Shown here piece after piece: positions 61,069-64,000 of a DNA stretch of 64,000 nt. The DNA comes from Rhizobium sp. Q54 (GTDB taxonomy: Bacteria > Pseudomonadota > Alphaproteobacteria > UBA2966 > CAIVPW01), in contig CAMDPO010000011.1 in assembly GCA_945904955.1 (NCBI GenBank), positions 259 to 64,258 on the forward strand. The letters are read 5' to 3'. The translations under genes and the position numbers were made by a program. The first letter of the stretch is position 1, and the number at the start of each line of letters is the position of its first letter. The notes beneath the pieces are model-generated. The model was not told the DNA's origin, did not search any database, and saw nothing but the letters and a program-made list of their open reading frames with translations.

Positions 61069-62321
61069 GGCAACGCTCCTTGGGGTCGGGGGCGAACGGT
61101 GAGGGGAAGCAGGCCTGCGGCGAAGACCTTGAGCGCGCAAGGGATCAGGCAGTATGCAAGCTGCAGAGGCGCTGCAGAGGCGGGTTGGCCGGGCACGTAG
61201 CCAAGCGCGCTGACCAGCGGCAGACCAATGCCCGCCGCGGCCGCCAAGGTCAGCTTCGCGGCCAGGGTCCAGACGCCGAAGTAGCTAGCCGCCGCGGCCT
61301 CGTGCCCGCGTTCGCGCAGCGCGTCGGTGAGCAGAGCGGCAGGCAACGCGAGGTCGCCGCCGAGCATCAGACCGCTGGCGACGCACACAACCAGGAATGG
61401 CAGCAAGTCTCCGGGGCCAAGGGCTGTTGCCCCCACGAAGGCCGCGGCGCCGAGCAGCATCGATAGCTGCCACGCGCGCCAACTGCCGAGGCGGCGCGCG
61501 AGCGCCAGCCAAGCGGGTAGGCCGATCGCTCCACCGGCGAAGTAGGCCAGCAGGAACTGTGCGCCGAATTGCGGTGCACCGAGGACGTCGGCGACGAACA
61601 GCAGGGCGAGTGTGGCGGGCAGCGCGTTGGCGATGCCGTTCACGACGAACGCAGCGAGCAACGGTGCGAAGGGGGCGCGGGCGAACTGGCGCAGCGCGTC
61701 GGTCCACGACGGGCGCGCCGCGGGCGCCACTCCTTGGCTGGTTGGCACAGCCGACAAGGCGAGGGCGACGCCGAGCGGCGCCACAACCGCAAACACCAGC
61801 GAGCTTTGGGCGAGCGCGGCGGCCGCATCGGAGGCGACGAATTGCGGGGCCGCGGAGGCGAGCAGGATGCCCGCCAGGCCGAACCCCTCGCGCCACACGG
61901 CAACCCGGGCGCGATCGGCGCTGGTGGCACCGAAGGTTGCGCCGAGGGCGAGGTGCGCGATGGCGGCGCTGCTGTACCCGAGGTAAGCGGGCAGCAACGA
62001 CAGCATCAGCCACGCAATGCCGGCAGTGCTCCGCCACGGCGGGTGGAACACCAGCACGAGGCCAAGCGCGAGCAGACTGACGCCGGCGAAGATGACCAGC
62101 CGCGGGCGTCGCAGCCGGTCGATCAGAATGCCGAGCCAGGGATCGACGAGCGCGTCGGCGGCGCGCGCCACCAGCAGCGCAATGCCGATGCCCGCGAGTT
62201 GGGCGCCGTACGAGTCGGAATAGATGCTGGCGACATGGATGTAGAGCGGCAGGGCGCCCGCCGCGAGCGGCAGCGCCAAGACGGCATAGGCGGCCAGCGC
62301 GCCGCGCGACAGGCCAGTCAC
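61065..62321 (-). CDS. MFS transporter
   Basis: 12 TM helices. GTG start (VTGLSRG) overlapping the stop of the upstream CHI-like gene (GTGA). Confidence 0.6.
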   Translation of the reverse strand: MTGLSRGALAAYAVLALPLAAGALPLYIHVASIYSDSYGAQLAGIGIALLVARAADALVDPWLGILIDRLRRPRLVIFAGVSLLALGLVLVFHPPWRSTAGIAWLMLSLLPAYLGYSSAAIAHLALGATFGATSADRARVAVWREGFGLAGILLASAAPQFVASDAAAALAQSSLVFAVVAPLGVALALSAVPTSQGVAPAARPSWTDALRQFARAPFAPLLAAFVVNGIANALPATLALLFVADVLGAPQFGAQFLLAYFAGGAIGLPAWLALARRLGSWRAWQLSMLLGAAAFVGATALGPGDLLPFLVVCVASGLMLGGDLALPAALLTDALRERGHEAAAASYFGVWTLAAKLTLAAAAGIGLPLVSALGYVPGQPASAAPLQLAYCLIPCALKVFAAGLLPLTVRPRPQGALP

Positions 62322-62878
62322 GGTGCGCCCGTCGCAAGAAGCTGGGCGCGGACCCCTGCGTCGCGGGTACGCCGGTCGAGCCAGATACCGAAGAACGCGC
62401 GGGAGAAATCGTCCCCCGGCAGATCGGCGCGGACCACCCCGTTGTAGAACAGGCGCATGCCGACCCCGGGAACGTGCATTCCAGCGAGCTCTGTTCCCGC
62501 TTCTACGTCGGGAAACGCGGCGAGCATGCGCGCATGCCATTGCGCAAGCTGTTCGGGCGCCGGCGTGTGCAGGCGGCCGATCTCCGCGCGCGATGCGTCG
62601 GCAATCGCGCGCCCAGGGATGGCGCGGGTGTAGTGCAGGCGCAGCACGAACGGAATCGAATAGTCCACGGCTCCGGCGGGCATCGTGCGGTCCACCCAGA
62701 GCGCCGCGTCATATAAGGCGATGCCGAACCACCGGGCCGTGGCCGTGCCACGTAACTCCGCTGCGGGCAGCGATTCAGCGATGGCGACTGGCAGAGGCTC
62801 CGCGCGCGCCGACACCCCGGACAGCAGAAGGCAGGCCAGCACCAGACAGAGGGGCGCGCGGCCCTGCAGAATGCCCAT
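62318..62878 (-). CDS. chalcone isomerase-like family periplasmic protein
   Basis: Signal peptide plus LRGTATARWFGIALYDAALW (G.G.R....ALY CHI-fold signature). 187 aa. Confidence 0.5.
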   Translation of the reverse strand: MGILQGRAPLCLVLACLLLSGVSARAEPLPVAIAESLPAAELRGTATARWFGIALYDAALWVDRTMPAGAVDYSIPFVLRLHYTRAIPGRAIADASRAEIGRLHTPAPEQLAQWHARMLAAFPDVEAGTELAGMHVPGVGMRLFYNGVVRADLPGDDFSRAFFGIWLDRRTRDAGVRAQLLATGAP

Positions 62879-62949
62879 ACCCCTGCATACGACCGCAGTG
62901 GCCGTATGGATCAGGTGATCCGGACAGAGATCTCGTGCGTATTCAACAC

Positions 62950-63708
62950 ATGGTAGCCCCAAAGCGTGTGGCGTGGATCACGGGCGCGAGTTCGGGAATC
63001 GGCCGCGCCCTGGCGCTGCGCATGCAGGCCGACGGTTGGACCGTGGTGGCAAGTGCCCGGCGGGCGGACGTTTTGGCCGGTCTTCGCGGCGCCGAGGGTC
63101 CCGCGATCGTGCCGCTGGCGCTGGATGTCACGGACGCCGCGGCGGTGACGCAGGCGGTGCAACGCGTCCGCTCCGAAGTAGGGCCAATCGACGTGGCGGT
63201 GCTGTCGGCCGGAACGTACGTTCCGATGCGCGCCAAGGAATTTTCCGCCCGCGTCGTGCAGGACACCCTGTCGCTCAACACGCTTGGGGTGGCGCACTGC
63301 CTGGAGGCCTTGCTGCCGGGCATGTTGGAGCGCGGCAGCGGGCGCATCGTCGCGGTGGCGTCGTTGGCGGGCTATCGCGGCATGCCGACGTCGGCCGCCT
63401 ATGGCGCGAGCAAGGCGGCGGTGATCCACATGCTGGAGGCGCTGCAGCCGGAACTGGCCGGGACCGGCGTCATCCTGCAGGTGGCCAATCCCGGCTTCGT
63501 GCGTACGCCGCTCACGGACCACAATACGTTCCCGATGCCATTCCGCATGGAACTTGAGGGTGCGGTTGCGGCGTTGTACGCTGGCATGCAGTCGGCCCGG
63601 TTCGAAATAGTCTTCCCGCGTTCCCTCGCGCTGATTCTAAAGGTGGCGCGCCTGCTCCCGATCGGACTCTACCTGCGCCTCATGCGCCGGATCGTGCCTA
63701 AGGACTGA
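62950..63708 (+). CDS. SDR family oxidoreductase
   Basis: TGASSGIGRALA Rossmann motif, catalytic YGASKAA. 253 aa. Confidence 0.75.
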   Translation: MVAPKRVAWITGASSGIGRALALRMQADGWTVVASARRADVLAGLRGAEGPAIVPLALDVTDAAAVTQAVQRVRSEVGPIDVAVLSAGTYVPMRAKEFSARVVQDTLSLNTLGVAHCLEALLPGMLERGSGRIVAVASLAGYRGMPTSAAYGASKAAVIHMLEALQPELAGTGVILQVANPGFVRTPLTDHNTFPMPFRMELEGAVAALYAGMQSARFEIVFPRSLALILKVARLLPIGLYLRLMRRIVPKD

Positions 63709-63850
63709 CGCTTGAACGCGACAAGTTCCGCACCCGCGGGTGAGTCACCGCGAAGTGATTCTGCCGCACTCTTTGGGGCCAACGCCCTCATACCAATCTC
63801 CCAACGGCACGACCGCATCCGGGCCCCTCTGACGGCGCTGCGCTGCCGCC

Positions 63851-64000
63851 ATGTCGGACCCCTCCGCATCAGCCAGCGCGCCGCTGAAAGGGACTGAGAT
63901 GGAAACGGGACTCTGGTTCTGGCTTGCGTTCCTGGCATTCACGGGGGCGCTGCTTGCCTTCGATCTCGGCGTGCTGCACCGGCGGGATCATGTCATCCGC
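63851..64000 (+). CDS. TerC family membrane protein, N-terminal fragment (runs off window)
   Basis: WFWLAFLAFTGALLAFDLGVLHRRDHVI is a typical TerC/Alx start. An alternative ATG at 63899 is possible. Confidence 0.45.
   Translation, partial: MSDPSASASAPLKGTEMETGLWFWLAFLAFTGALLAFDLGVLHRRDHVIR

Overview
High-GC (~68%) alphaproteobacterial chromosomal segment, probably Rhizobiales/Rhodospirillales-like, dense with core housekeeping genes in conserved arrangements. The repeat flavour supports the Rhizobiales guess. Core gene blocks, in order: cynS, xthA, erpA, dgt, argS with a downstream SPOR protein, scpA-scpB, an Fe3+ ABC transporter, tatABC-serS-surE-pcm-nlpD, yajC-secD-secF, trmFO, uvrA with divergent ssb, putA-rocF-rocD, gyrA-coaD, queA-tgt, and tRNA-Lys(UUU). 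Accessory content of interest sits among these:
1. Two tandem paralogous periplasmic PQQ-dependent dehydrogenases carrying an XoxF-like D-Y/F-D (putative lanthanide) signature. A signal-peptide-bearing pentapeptide-repeat protein and two unknown secreted proteins lie between and beside them. No cytochrome c partner is in the window.
2. A lower-GC two-gene insertion packed between uvrA and trmFO. It encodes a cytoplasmic trypsin-like S1 serine peptidase (GMSGG) and a single-pass membrane protein.
3. A ~0.9 kb low-GC cassette encoding a 92-aa protein plus a PIN-domain protein, flanked by a perfect 16-bp direct repeat.
4. A BrnT/BrnA toxin-antitoxin pair whose toxin has ATA in place of the ATG start.
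5. Four families of palindromic intergenic REP/MITE-like repeats occupying most intergenic spacers.
No CRISPR arrays, rRNA genes, transposases or integrases were seen. Many very long Arg/Ala-rich antisense ORFs in the six-frame track are high-GC artefacts.
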